Assembly: GCA_020725385.1 (NCBI GenBank)
Contig: DYFC01000062.1
Location: forward strand, 1 to 58,394
Source: Nitrospira japonica
GTDB lineage: Bacteria; Nitrospirota; Thermodesulfovibrionia; Thermodesulfovibrionales; SM23-35
DNA: 58,394 nt
Direction of reading: 5' to 3'
Positions within the stretch are counted from its first letter, which is position 1, and each line of letters opens with the position of its first letter. Below the pieces are notes generated by a model. The model was not told where the DNA came from. It made no database searches and saw only the letters and a program-made list of their open reading frames with translations. Below, one piece after another: positions 9,457 to 19,448 of the stretch. The translations under genes were made by a program, and so were the position numbers.

Positions 9457-10647
9457 TTAAAAATCGGTAAATTTATTATTCTTTACAGTCATAATCCTCA
9501 TAGGTTTAATTACATCCCCACCCTTTACAAAGGTGATGTTGCCAGTAACTCCAGGAAAATCCTTCACATTATTTAAGGTATTTTTGATACTGTTAATCTC
9601 AGTGCCACCTTTATTCATAGCAGTTATTAAAACATTGGTGGCATCATATGCATGAGCTGCATAAATTCCTGCTTCACTGCCAAATCTATTTTCATAGGTT
9701 TTAACAAACTTTTGTATCTTTGGATCTGTGCTATTTCTATCAAAATACGGCTGCACAAAGACTACTCCCTCTGCTGCTTTTCCTGCAATTTGTAAAATCT
9801 CAGGTTCATGGAAAGTACCACAACTTATAAACTGAGATTTGATATTTAGCTCTTTTGCTTGAACTAAAATTTTAGAAAATTCTTTAGCATATCCTGATAA
9901 ATAAATGCCATCAGGAGATTGTTTTTTTATTTTAGTTAGCTGAGACCTGAAATCTGAATCTCCTTCATTGTAAGTTTCTATAATTACGATTTCTCCACCA
10001 AGCTTTTTTATAGAATCTACAAAGACATCCTTTAAACCAATTGCATATTCATTATTGCCATATAAAACAGCAAGTTTTTTCAATTTTAATCTTTGAATCG
10101 CTACTTCAGCTGCAACGTCTCCTTCAGCAACATCAGAAGGCCATACACGGAAAAAATATTCACTAGAATTTGAAAGTTTAGGACTTGAAGCAGTAGGCGA
10201 CATAAGGATAACTTTATTTTTATCAATAATTGGAACCATTGCTAATGTTGGTGAACTAAAAGCATCTCCAATTACTATCTGAACTTTATCTTGTGTTATT
10301 AATTTTTGCAAAGCTGAAACTGCTGTAGCAGGTTCTCCTTTAGAATCTTCAAAAATCACTTTAAACTGTTTGCTTTTTACCCCACCTGAATCATTATTTT
10401 CTGCAACTGCCAACTCAATGCCTTCTTTTTCTTTGACTCCATATAATGCCCCATCTCCTGTCAAAGGTAATATTGCTCCTATCTTAATCTCTTTTTCCTC
10501 TTTCTTCACACATCCAAAAGGAAAAACCATCAATGAAGCCAAAAGGATTGAAATTATTGTGAAGGCTAAGGAACTTGATTTCGCATCAAGTGCGGAATGA
10601 CATTTTTTATCGCTGGATTTTGGTCTATACATGACCCTTTCCTCCAT
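9457..10647 (-). CDS. LivK/LivJ-type ABC substrate-binding lipoprotein
   Basis: Lipobox-like FPFGC, IKIGAILPLTG, YFFRVWPSD, AYDA, FPGVTGNITF. Exact start uncertain. Confidence 0.85.
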   Translation of the reverse strand: MEERVMYRPKSSDKKCHSALDAKSSSLAFTIISILLASLMVFPFGCVKKEEKEIKIGAILPLTGDGALYGVKEKEGIELAVAENNDSGGVKSKQFKVIFEDSKGEPATAVSALQKLITQDKVQIVIGDAFSSPTLAMVPIIDKNKVILMSPTASSPKLSNSSEYFFRVWPSDVAEGDVAAEVAIQRLKLKKLAVLYGNNEYAIGLKDVFVDSIKKLGGEIVIIETYNEGDSDFRSQLTKIKKQSPDGIYLSGYAKEFSKILVQAKELNIKSQFISCGTFHEPEILQIAGKAAEGVVFVQPYFDRNSTDPKIQKFVKTYENRFGSEAGIYAAHAYDATNVLITAMNKGGTEINSIKNTLNNVKDFPGVTGNITFVKGGDVIKPMRIMTVKNNKFTDF

Positions 10648-10689
10648 TTATGAGTTCATTGTTAATGAGTTTTGAGTTGAGCAGTAATC

Positions 10690-10899
10690 CTATCTGATCC
10701 CATAATAATATTCTTCTTCAGCATAATAATATGGTTCTCTCTGTTCTTTTATACGGGAATAAGCAAGGTGTCTTTCATCAATTCTTGCATATTTCCCGTC
10801 CTTTGTTCTCTTAAGAAAAGTGATTAACGCTCTTTCTTCTTTCTCTCTCTTTTTAAACTTATTTGAAATCATAGAGTCCTTTAAACAATAATTTCGCAT
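10690..10899 (-). CDS. Small hypothetical protein or gene fragment
   Basis: 69 aa ORF only, no recognised motif. Confidence 0.3.
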   Translation of the reverse strand: MRNYCLKDSMISNKFKKREKEERALITFLKRTKDGKYARIDERHLAYSRIKEQREPYYYAEEEYYYGIR

Positions 10900-11159
10900 T
10901 CAGATACTAACTTAAGTAATTCATCTTCAAGATCTTTTCCACTCAGTCTTTTTTTAATATATTCGTTTAATAAACTCATAGAGAATTTTTTATTTTATAA
11001 AATTGCAAAAATTATATATATTTTCAATTAGTTTTGCAAGTAGAAAATCAAATACGGGCATTTGTGAAGTTAATTTTAGAGAATTTGTCTTAAATCTTAA
11101 CCCTGGCATTTTAAAGACCCGAACCTATGGAATTTATCTTAGACTTTGAGGAGGCATCG

Positions 11160-11471
11160 TTATGCCCGCTTTCTCGTTTTCTGATTCTGTGTGATATCCA
11201 GTATAGCTTCAGGATGTACGGCGGCAATCCTCAATAAAATGCGAGCCGGTCCTTGAGGTTTGCGCCGTCCCTGTTCCCAGTTGCGGAGAGTAGCAACACT
11301 TATTCCAATAAGAGAGGCAAATTTATCCTGTGAAAGACCATACTGTTTTCGTATTTTCTGTACTTCAGATTCTGGAAACTCAACTCTGCGCAAAGGTTTC
11401 ATTTTGCCCTTCATTATGGCCGCACCCTGCTTAATGCTTTCAAGTAACTCTTCAAACAGTTCCTTTTTCAT
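11160..11471 (-). CDS. higA: HigA-type HTH (XRE) antitoxin
   Basis: LSQDKFASLIGISVATLRNWEQGRRKP HTH, downstream of the toxin with a 4-bp overlap. Confidence 0.85.
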   Translation of the reverse strand: MKKELFEELLESIKQGAAIMKGKMKPLRRVEFPESEVQKIRKQYGLSQDKFASLIGISVATLRNWEQGRRKPQGPARILLRIAAVHPEAILDITQNQKTRKRA

Positions 11472-11785
11472 TTATACTCCTTTTCAATAATCTTTTTTAG
11501 TTGTCTTAGTTGGTCTGTTGTCAAATCATCCCGCGCACTCTTTGGATAGGCATAGAGGAGAAGAATAATTTCAAGAGACACAAACCAGTAATAAATAACT
11601 CTGATGCCACCTTTTTTTCCGTGCCCACCAGCAGACCACCGGAGCTTTCTTAGCCCGCCGCTACCGGCTATTATTTTACCGACATCCGGTCTATTGACCA
11701 AATGGGTCTGCAAAAGCCGATATTCATCATCGGTTATTAATTCCTGGATTCGTTTTGTGAATATCGGGGTCTCGATAATAACCAT
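11468..11785 (-). CDS. higB: RelE/HigB-family toxin
   Basis: IETPIF, GSGGLRKLRW, GKKGGIRVIYY, YPKS..DDL; toxin-first gene order. Confidence 0.85.
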   Translation of the reverse strand: MVIIETPIFTKRIQELITDDEYRLLQTHLVNRPDVGKIIAGSGGLRKLRWSAGGHGKKGGIRVIYYWFVSLEIILLLYAYPKSARDDLTTDQLRQLKKIIEKEYK

Positions 11786-11907
11786 AATTGATTATACGTC
11801 AATGGCGTAGATTTAAGCAAGTTGATTATTATTTAAGAATTATTCGGTTTATCGTTATGTAGAATATATGATAGAATATTAATTCCAGTTTATTTAATTT
11901 CAAATCT

Positions 11908-13695
11908 ATGACAAAAAATATACGTAATTTCTCTATTATTGCGCATATAGATCACGGGAAGTCCACACTTGCAGATAGACTTCTTGAATATACAGGTGCG
12001 CTCAGCGAAAGAGAAATGATGGAGCAGGTACTTGACTCTATGGATCTGGAAAGAGAAAGGGGAATTACAATCAAAGCCCATGCTGTGAGGCTTGAATATA
12101 AAGCAAAAGATGGAAATATTTATATTCTAAATTTAATAGATACGCCCGGACATGTTGATTTTTCTTATGAAGTTTCAAGAAGTCTTGCTTCTTGCGAAGG
12201 AGCTTTGCTCGTTGTTGATGCTTCTCAGGGAGTTGAAGCGCAAACACTTGCAAATGCATATCTTGCAGTTGAACATAATCTTGAAATTATTCCTGTTATA
12301 AATAAGATTGATCTTCCTTCTGCAGACCCTAACGGTACTATAAAGGAAATTGAAGAAGCAATAGGAATAGATTGCTCGGAAGCAATCCTTGCAAGCGCTA
12401 AAGAGGGAATCGGGACAGAAGAAATTCTTGAAGCTATTGTAAAGAAAATTAAACCACCTGCCGGTGATGATAACAATCCTCTTAAGGCTCTTATTTTTGA
12501 TTCATGGTTTGATAATTATCTCGGAGTCATAGTACTTGTAAGAATTTTTGAAGGCAGAGTAAGACCGGGAATGCGTATAAAAATGATGGCTGAGGGAGGT
12601 ATTTTTGAAGTTTCACGCGTGGGCATTTTCTCGCCAAAGATGAAGGATGTTCATGAGCTTTTCTCAGGTGAAGTTGGTTATATCATTGCCGGGATAAAAC
12701 GAGTTACTGACACTAAAATTGGCGATACAATAACAGATGCAGATAATCCTGCTTTAGAACCATGTCCGGGATATAAAGACATTAAGCCAATGGTATTTTG
12801 TGGTTTTTATCCTACTCAAACACACCAATATGAAAATTTAAGGGATGCTTTGAATAAATTAAGACTGAATGATTCTTCTTTTGTTTATGAACCTGAGACT
12901 TCTCTTGCATTGGGATTTGGATTCAGATGCGGTTTTCTCGGTCTTTTACATATGGAAATAATAAAAGAACGTCTTGAACGTGAATTCGATCTCGCATTAT
13001 TAAGCACCGCTCCAACAGTTGTGTATAGAGTTACAAAAACCGATGGAGAAATTATACATGTTGAAAATCCTTCTTTGTTACCCGAGAATTATCTAAAAAT
13101 AGAAGAACCATATGTTCTTGCAACTATTTTTGTGCCATCAGAATTTATAGGTCCTGTACTTGATTTGTGTCAGGAAAAAAGAGGCACTCAGAAAAATTTC
13201 GCATATATAGGCAAAGACCGTATAAAGGTTGATTATGAACTGCCCCTGAATGAAATTCTATGGGATTTCTATGATAGATTGAAATCTATATCAAAAGGTT
13301 ATGCTTCGATGGATTATGAATTCATTGGTTATAGGGAATCAGATCTTGTAAGATTGAACATCCTTCTTAATGGTGAAATAGTAGATGCTCTATCGTTGAT
13401 TGTTCATAAAGACAAAGCCTACTATAAAGGAAGAGAACTTACAGAAAAACTTAGAGGAATTATTCCGAGACAGATGTATGAGGTTGCAATACAGGCTGCG
13501 ATCGGCAATAAGATAATCGCAAGGGAAAATGTCAAAGCATTGAGAAAAGATGTTCTTGCAAAATGCTATGGAGGCGATATTACACGCAAGAGGAAACTCC
13601 TTGAAAAGCAAAAAGAAGGCAAGAAAAGGATGAAAAAATTCGGGAAGCTCGAACTTCCACAGGAAGCTTTTCTTGCGGTCCTTAAAGTTAAATAA
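11908..13695 (+). CDS. lepA: Elongation factor 4
   Basis: [54 protein letters not shown]. Confidence 0.99.
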   Translation: MTKNIRNFSIIAHIDHGKSTLADRLLEYTGALSEREMMEQVLDSMDLERERGITIKAHAVRLEYKAKDGNIYILNLIDTPGHVDFSYEVSRSLASCEGALLVVDASQGVEAQTLANAYLAVEHNLEIIPVINKIDLPSADPNGTIKEIEEAIGIDCSEAILASAKEGIGTEEILEAIVKKIKPPAGDDNNPLKALIFDSWFDNYLGVIVLVRIFEGRVRPGMRIKMMAEGGIFEVSRVGIFSPKMKDVHELFSGEVGYIIAGIKRVTDTKIGDTITDADNPALEPCPGYKDIKPMVFCGFYPTQTHQYENLRDALNKLRLNDSSFVYEPETSLALGFGFRCGFLGLLHMEIIKERLEREFDLALLSTAPTVVYRVTKTDGEIIHVENPSLLPENYLKIEEPYVLATIFVPSEFIGPVLDLCQEKRGTQKNFAYIGKDRIKVDYELPLNEILWDFYDRLKSISKGYASMDYEFIGYRESDLVRLNILLNGEIVDALSLIVHKDKAYYKGRELTEKLRGIIPRQMYEVAIQAAIGNKIIARENVKALRKDVLAKCYGGDITRKRKLLEKQKEGKKRMKKFGKLELPQEAFLAVLKVK

Positions 13696-13703
13696 AAATA
13701 ACC

Positions 13704-14846
13704 TTGTGTAATTTTCTTTATATACATATACCTTTTTGCATAAGTAAATGTATTTACTGCGACTTTTTCTCAGTTCCTTTTGATAAAACTCTGTCCGAAG
13801 AATATGTCAATGCATTATGCAAAGAATTAATTCTTAAAAAACAAAACATAAAATTTTTAAAAACTATATACATAGGCGGAGGCACACCAACTGTTTTGTC
13901 TGAAAAGAGCCTCTCTCAATTATTTAAATGTTTAAATGACAATTTCAATTTTTCTTCAGATATTGAAATAACTGTCGAGATGAATCCCGGCACTCTTGAT
14001 GAATTAAAAATACATACTCTAATTGATTCAGGAGTTAACAGATTCAGTGTCGGTGTTCAATCTTTTAATGATAATGAGCTAAGATTTCTTGGAAGAATAC
14101 ATAATGGTGAAAATGCTCATAACACATTTAAATTACTAAAAAAATATAATTTAGAAAATTTTTCACTTGACCTTATATACGGGATACCAGGACAGACAAT
14201 GGAATCATGGAAATTCTCATTAGAAAATGCTGTTAATTTATCTCCTTCTCACATCTCAACGTATGAACTTACACTCGAAAAAAATACAACTCTTTATAAA
14301 TTAATCAAAGATTCACCTAACCATTTTACTATGCTCGATGAAGACCTTATTATAGAAATGTATAACTTCGCAATAGATTATCTTTCAAAAAATGGTTTTG
14401 AACATTACGAAATATCAAATTTTGCTAAACCTGCTTTCAAATGTATCCATAATCTTAATTACTGGGATAGAGGCGAATATATTGGTATTGGAGCAGGATC
14501 TCATTCCTTTTTTAACAATGTCAGGACATCAAATATTATGGATATAAATGAATATATGAATAGCATCAATTCGAACGTTCTACCAATAAAAGAATCAATT
14601 GTAATTACGCCCCGGGAGGAATTAAAAGAATTTATCTTTCTCGGGCTCAGGAAAAAAGAAGGGATAAACATAAAAAAGCTTATCTCTTCACACTTAGTTA
14701 ATGAAAAATTACTAAATGCTTTGATAAAAGATTTTATTGATACAGGATTTCTTGAGTTAAAAGAAGATTATCTAAGACTCACACAAAAAGGCATCTTGAT
14801 TTCTAATACAATAATAGTAAAGTTATTTGAGAAACTGGAAATTTAA
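13704..14846 (+). CDS. hemW: Radical SAM heme chaperone HemW (HemN-like)
   Basis: YIHIPFCISKCIYCDF, GGGTP, HYEISNF, HNLNYW; typical position after lepA. Confidence 0.9.
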   Translation: MCNFLYIHIPFCISKCIYCDFFSVPFDKTLSEEYVNALCKELILKKQNIKFLKTIYIGGGTPTVLSEKSLSQLFKCLNDNFNFSSDIEITVEMNPGTLDELKIHTLIDSGVNRFSVGVQSFNDNELRFLGRIHNGENAHNTFKLLKKYNLENFSLDLIYGIPGQTMESWKFSLENAVNLSPSHISTYELTLEKNTTLYKLIKDSPNHFTMLDEDLIIEMYNFAIDYLSKNGFEHYEISNFAKPAFKCIHNLNYWDRGEYIGIGAGSHSFFNNVRTSNIMDINEYMNSINSNVLPIKESIVITPREELKEFIFLGLRKKEGINIKKLISSHLVNEKLLNALIKDFIDTGFLELKEDYLRLTQKGILISNTIIVKLFEKLEI

Positions 14847-14926
14847 TCGTAACGATGCGCTATAACCGGAAAACCGGGAATTAGTTTTTATTTTGAATAT
14901 ATATAATTTATGTTAGTATAAATATC

Positions 14927-15703
14927 ATGAAATTAAGAATGAAATATTTAGTTTTAATATTTGTTTTCTTCCTGTATTCTTTAGAGCCTGTTTTAGGTTT
15001 TCAATTTAAAAACCAACCCTGTTTAAAATGTCACACTCTTAATAAGGAAGAGGCTCTTCTTTTGCTTAAAAATTTTAATCAAAATGTTAATGTAATCAAC
15101 ATAAAAAAAGGACCTGTAAGTTATTTATGGGAGATAGAGACCGAATTAAACGGTAAAAAAGGAATTATTTATATGGATCTATCAAAAAAACATATTTTTG
15201 ATGGTTCATTAATAACAATTCAGGGGAAGAAAAATATAACACAGGAAAGTTTATCTTACATCAACAAAGTCGATGTCTCAAAAATTCCTTTAGATGATGT
15301 TCTGATACTTGGTTCAAAAAATGCCGGAAAGAAAATCATCGTGTTCGATGACCCTGACTGACCATTCTGTGCTAAACTTCATCAGGAGATGAAGAAAGTA
15401 GTGAAAGAAAGAAAAGATATTGTTTTTTACATTAAGCTTGTTCCACTTGTAAAAATTCATCCACAGGCATATGAAAAGGCAAAAGCCATAGTATGCGAAA
15501 ATTCTATGAAACTTCTTGAAGATGCTTACGAAAAAAGGCCGCTACCTGCTGCAAAATGTTCCGGTTCTTCAGTAGATAAAAATCTTGAACTTGTTAAAAA
15601 GCTTGGAATTAATAGTCTCCCTACGATGGTTTTGCCTGATGGAAAGATAATAAAAGGCTTCAGGGATTCATTAACAATAATCAGATTGATAGATAATAAA
15701 TAA
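14927..15703 (+). CDS. DsbC/DsbG-like thiol-disulfide isomerase, probable selenoprotein (UGA at 15359-15361, DPD-U-PFC)
   Basis: The two track ORFs are in the same frame, separated only by TGA at the position of the first Cys of CxxC. Signal peptide, CLKCH motif, GINSLPT cis-Pro loop. Confidence 0.85.
15377..15394 (+). promoter_or_regulatory. Bacterial SECIS-like hairpin
   Basis: Perfect 7-bp stem CTTCATC-[AGGA]-GATGAAG with a G-containing loop starting 23 nt after the UGA. Confidence 0.75.
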
Positions 15704-15722
15704 TTTTTAAGATGGAGATTAT

Positions 15723-15860
15723 ATGACCTGGGATACAGTATTATGGATTGTAGCACTTATAATATGGTTGATTATTGTTCTTTTCATTCTGCCTAAAACA
15801 AGCTTTTATAGATGAAAGCCAAATCGTAAAGGGTCGTGTACCCCGAAAAAGAAAAATTAA
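15723..15860 (+). CDS. Unannotated small membrane protein, possible UGA read-through (MTWDTVLWIVALIIWLIIVLFILPKTSFYR-U-KPNRKGSCTPKKKN)
   Basis: GGAG RBS at 15714 and one clear TM helix. TGA at 15813-15815 is followed by 14 open codons including a Cys and a small hairpin. Confidence 0.55.
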
Positions 15861-15869
15861 AACATTTCT

Positions 15870-16865
15870 ATGTCACATTCCGAAAGCAACATTGCAATAA
15901 AAGTTAAGAATCTTGTTAAACGCTATAATCATATTCTGGCTGTTAATGATATATCATTTGAAGTTGAAGAGGGCACCATTTTTGGTTTTTTAGGTCCAAA
16001 TGGTGCAGGCAAAACCACCACTATAAGCATTCTCTGCACATTGCTTTCTGCAACATCAGGAAATGCCTACATTGCAGGATATGATTGTACGAAATACCCT
16101 TCTGAAGTCAGAAAATCAATAGGTATAGTATTCCAGGATTCTACACTTGATAAAGACTTAACAGCATATGAAAATCTTGTATTTCATGCTTATTTATATA
16201 ATGTTCCAAAATCAGAGATAAAAAATAGGGTTGAATCTGTATTACATTTTGTTAATCTTTATGAAAGAAAAGACGAACTCGTAAAAAAATACTCGGGTGG
16301 TATGAAAAGAAAACTCGAAGTTGCAAGGGGTTTAATACATAAGCCACAAGTACTTTTTCTCGATGAGCCGACTCTTGGACTTGACCCTCAAAGCAGGGCT
16401 AATCTCTGGGATTTTATTACAAAACTGCCTAAAGAACACAATGTTACAATTTTTATGACAACTCACTACATGGATGAGGCAGAAGTTTGCGATAAAATTG
16501 CAATAATTGACAACGGGAAAATAATTGCCTCTGGTTCTCCGGAAGAACTCAAAAAAATAGTGGGCGGAGATGTGGTTTCTATAACTACAAAAGATAATCT
16601 TTATGCGAGAAAGCATATAGAAAATTTACTCAAACTTGAGGTACTCGAAAAAAACAACGAACTTTATATGACCTGCAATCAGGGAGAAACATGCATTCCT
16701 GATTTAATCAGATCTCTTGGGGATAAAGTTCTCTCGGTAAAAATACAAAGACCGACTCTTAATGATGTTTTTCTTAAACTTACAGGTAAAACAATTAGAG
16801 AAGATTATGCTCCCGAGAGCAATTCAACAAAGGAATCAATCAGAGCATATAGAAGGAAACATTAA
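15870..16865 (+). CDS. ABC-2 exporter ATPase (DrrA-like)
   Basis: GPNGAGKTT, YSGGMKRKLE, DEPTLGLDPQ, TTHYMDEA. Confidence 0.9.
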   Translation: MSHSESNIAIKVKNLVKRYNHILAVNDISFEVEEGTIFGFLGPNGAGKTTTISILCTLLSATSGNAYIAGYDCTKYPSEVRKSIGIVFQDSTLDKDLTAYENLVFHAYLYNVPKSEIKNRVESVLHFVNLYERKDELVKKYSGGMKRKLEVARGLIHKPQVLFLDEPTLGLDPQSRANLWDFITKLPKEHNVTIFMTTHYMDEAEVCDKIAIIDNGKIIASGSPEELKKIVGGDVVSITTKDNLYARKHIENLLKLEVLEKNNELYMTCNQGETCIPDLIRSLGDKVLSVKIQRPTLNDVFLKLTGKTIREDYAPESNSTKESIRAYRRKH

Positions 16866-16889
16866 ATGTGCATGGTATGAGGAGGAATT

Positions 16890-17654
16890 TTGGAATTAAA
16901 TGCTGTTTATGTAATAGTAGCACGTGAATTTAAGAAATTTGTAAGAGAAAAAAGCAGGCTTTTCTCTGCATTAGCACGTCCTTTGTTGTGGCTTTTTATT
17001 GTGGGAGCAGGAATATCAAGGCTCGTTCCTGTGGAATCAGGAGTTCCTTATACTCAATTTATTTTCCCGGGCATATTAGGCATGACTATTCTCTTTAGTT
17101 CAATATTTTCATCTATTTCAATAATCTGGGATAAAGAATTCGGTTTCATGAAAGAAATATTAGTTGCTCCTGTTTCAAGATTCTCTATCGTAGTAGGGAA
17201 AGCTCTAAGTGGAACTATAGTTTCAACAATCCAGGCAGTTATTATTCTGGCTCTCTTTCCTTTTCTGGGGTTAAAATTAAATGTTATACAAATAAGCGAA
17301 GCTATTATTATTTGTATTGCACTCTCATTTTGCATTTCAGCGCTGGGCATAGTTATAGCAACTTTTTATGAAAGTTATGAAAGCTTCAGTGTTATAATGA
17401 ACTTTATCATTATGCCAATGTTCTTTCTTTCCGGAGCAATGTATCCTGTTAGAATGCTCCCCCCGGTTCTTCAATTTGTCTCAAAGCTCAACCCGCTTAC
17501 CTATGGAATTGATGCAATCAAACATGTTATTTTACCGTCAATCGGAGGAAGAATGTCTTATGATTTTTCATTTCATACAAGCCTTATAGTCATTATTACT
17601 ACGTCAGTGATTTTCGTGTTCTTTGGAGCAAAAGCATTTGAACGTAAGGATTAA
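16890..17654 (+). CDS. ABC-2 exporter permease (DrrB-like)
   Basis: Six TM segments; WDKEFGFMKEILVAP, FLSGAMYP, NPLTYGID. Confidence 0.9.
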   Translation: MELNAVYVIVAREFKKFVREKSRLFSALARPLLWLFIVGAGISRLVPVESGVPYTQFIFPGILGMTILFSSIFSSISIIWDKEFGFMKEILVAPVSRFSIVVGKALSGTIVSTIQAVIILALFPFLGLKLNVIQISEAIIICIALSFCISALGIVIATFYESYESFSVIMNFIIMPMFFLSGAMYPVRMLPPVLQFVSKLNPLTYGIDAIKHVILPSIGGRMSYDFSFHTSLIVIITTSVIFVFFGAKAFERKD

Positions 17655-17673
17655 AATACATAAGGAGAGAAAT

Positions 17674-18384
17674 ATGCAGCCATTTTGTCTTAATGCAAAA
17701 ACAATTTCAGATGCATGGTTTCAGCTTATTTATAACTTATTCGACAGAGCTTATTCACAAAACATACAGAGAGGTTCATTCGAAAATGAACAGTATAGGC
17801 TACAATATCCCGGAATAGCAGTTTTTATTGAGCATCCCTATTATGATATGATTCCTGTAATCCCTCCTGGAATCGGAATTCCAGCACCTACAACAATGGA
17901 ATATATCGAAGATTATTTTGCAAATTACCTGATGAATCCCGAACTCGCAGAAAATGAAACATATACTTATGCAAGCAGAATTCAACACAAAATGCCAAAA
18001 GGCGGAACACAGCTTGAACGGGTCATCGATATGCTCAAGGAAACTCCCCTGACAAATCAAGCTGCCATAGAAATCGGGACTCCGGAAGACCTTGATATAT
18101 GCTATGGTAAAGACGGTAAAATTGATCCGCCATGCCTGAGACTTCTTGATTTTAAAGTCCTCCCTTTTGACAATGATTTAATTCTTACTGTGACCGCATA
18201 TTTTAGATCATGGGATATTTGGGCAGGATTTCCGACAAATCTTGGCGGGATTGAATTATTGAAACAATATGTAGCAGGTGAGGCAAATCTTAAAAATGGC
18301 CCTTTATATGCTTATAGCGCCGGTGCACATATTTATGGCTACCAGGAAGAGATAGCCCGTCTAAGGACCTTAAAAAATAGGTAA
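17674..18384 (+). CDS. thyA: Thymidylate synthase, short archaeal-like type
   Basis: YTYASR, catalytic PPCLR, YFRSWD...GFPTN, AHIY. ATG at 17674 follows AAGGAG. Confidence 0.75.
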   Translation: MQPFCLNAKTISDAWFQLIYNLFDRAYSQNIQRGSFENEQYRLQYPGIAVFIEHPYYDMIPVIPPGIGIPAPTTMEYIEDYFANYLMNPELAENETYTYASRIQHKMPKGGTQLERVIDMLKETPLTNQAAIEIGTPEDLDICYGKDGKIDPPCLRLLDFKVLPFDNDLILTVTAYFRSWDIWAGFPTNLGGIELLKQYVAGEANLKNGPLYAYSAGAHIYGYQEEIARLRTLKNR

Positions 18385-18386
18385 TC

Positions 18387-19448
18387 CTACTTCAAAGGGA
18401 AGCTGATTGTAAATGTTGTGCCATGCTCGGGTTCGCTTTCAACATGAATTGAACCTTGATGGTCCTGAATTATTTTCATCGCAAAAGTTAACCCCAATCC
18501 AGGGCCATAGACTTTCGAGGTAACCAATGGATCGAAAATATTCTTTATTTTTTCCTTTTCTATTCCTTTTCCTGTATCTGTAATTTCCACTTTCAATATA
18601 TTATTTTCTGTTTTTGTAACAACTTTTAATGTACGTGGTTCCTGTTCCATAGCCTCAACAGCATTTTTTATTATATTGCAAAAAGCTCTTTTAAGAAGTT
18701 TTTTGTCAGCTATAATTGCCGGCGGGTTATCCATCAATGAAAGATTTAAATGAACACCCTTATTGATAAAGTCCTGCTCAAATACGCTCAGTGATTCTTT
18801 AACAATTTCGTTTATATCCGAAGGTTCTTTATTGGAAATAGATAGGCTTTTAAGCTCTATAAGTTGTTTTATCATACTTTCAAGGACTGCAACATCTTCA
18901 ATTATATACTGGAGATATTTTCTGTTAGGGTCGTCTTCAGACAGCTTGCTGAATACCTTTCTTGCAAAACCTCCAATTGATGTAAGAGGGTTTCTGATTT
19001 CATGGGCCACCTGATCCATCATTTGTTCAAGAGCACTCGATTTGACCTCTACAACCTTTTTTTCATGAGCTGTTTTAAGGGATAATAGAGAACGAATACG
19101 AGCTGAAAGTTCTTTATAGTCAAAGGGTTTTGACATATAATCATCGGCACCAATATCAAGACCCTTAACCTTGTGTTCAACCTCACCCTTGGCTGTAAGC
19201 ATGAGCACAGGAATATACCGGGTTTTTTCATCGGATTTGAGTCTTTGACAGACTTCATATCCGTCAATTTTTGGCATCATGACATCAAGGACAATAAGAT
19301 CAGGGTTGTATTCACTTACTTTCTGGAGTGCTTCTTCACCATTATAGGCTTCATCTGTATCATATCCTTCGGCTCTGAATCGTTTTCTAAGAAGTTCTAC
19401 TGTATCAACTGCATCATCAACAATTAAAATCTTATTCTTGTTCGCCAC
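18387..19448 (-). CDS. Hybrid receiver-histidine kinase
   Basis: N-terminal REC (ILIVDD, LDVMMP, KPF), AHEIRNPL H-box, HATPase. Confidence 0.9.
   Translation of the reverse strand: MANKNKILIVDDAVDTVELLRKRFRAEGYDTDEAYNGEEALQKVSEYNPDLIVLDVMMPKIDGYEVCQRLKSDEKTRYIPVLMLTAKGEVEHKVKGLDIGADDYMSKPFDYKELSARIRSLLSLKTAHEKKVVEVKSSALEQMMDQVAHEIRNPLTSIGGFARKVFSKLSEDDPNRKYLQYIIEDVAVLESMIKQLIELKSLSISNKEPSDINEIVKESLSVFEQDFINKGVHLNLSLMDNPPAIIADKKLLKRAFCNIIKNAVEAMEQEPRTLKVVTKTENNILKVEITDTGKGIEKEKIKNIFDPLVTSKVYGPGLGLTFAMKIIQDHQGSIHVESEPEHGTTFTISFPLK

Noticed and set aside
231-11800. Prophage or integrative element
   Set aside because: No integrase, transposase, phage gene or att repeat is visible. It can only be called an accessory region.
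14927-15703. Two separate genes or a nonsense pseudogene, as split in the ORF track
   Set aside because: The UGA falls exactly on the catalytic Cys position and is followed by a SECIS-like hairpin, so recoding explains it better.
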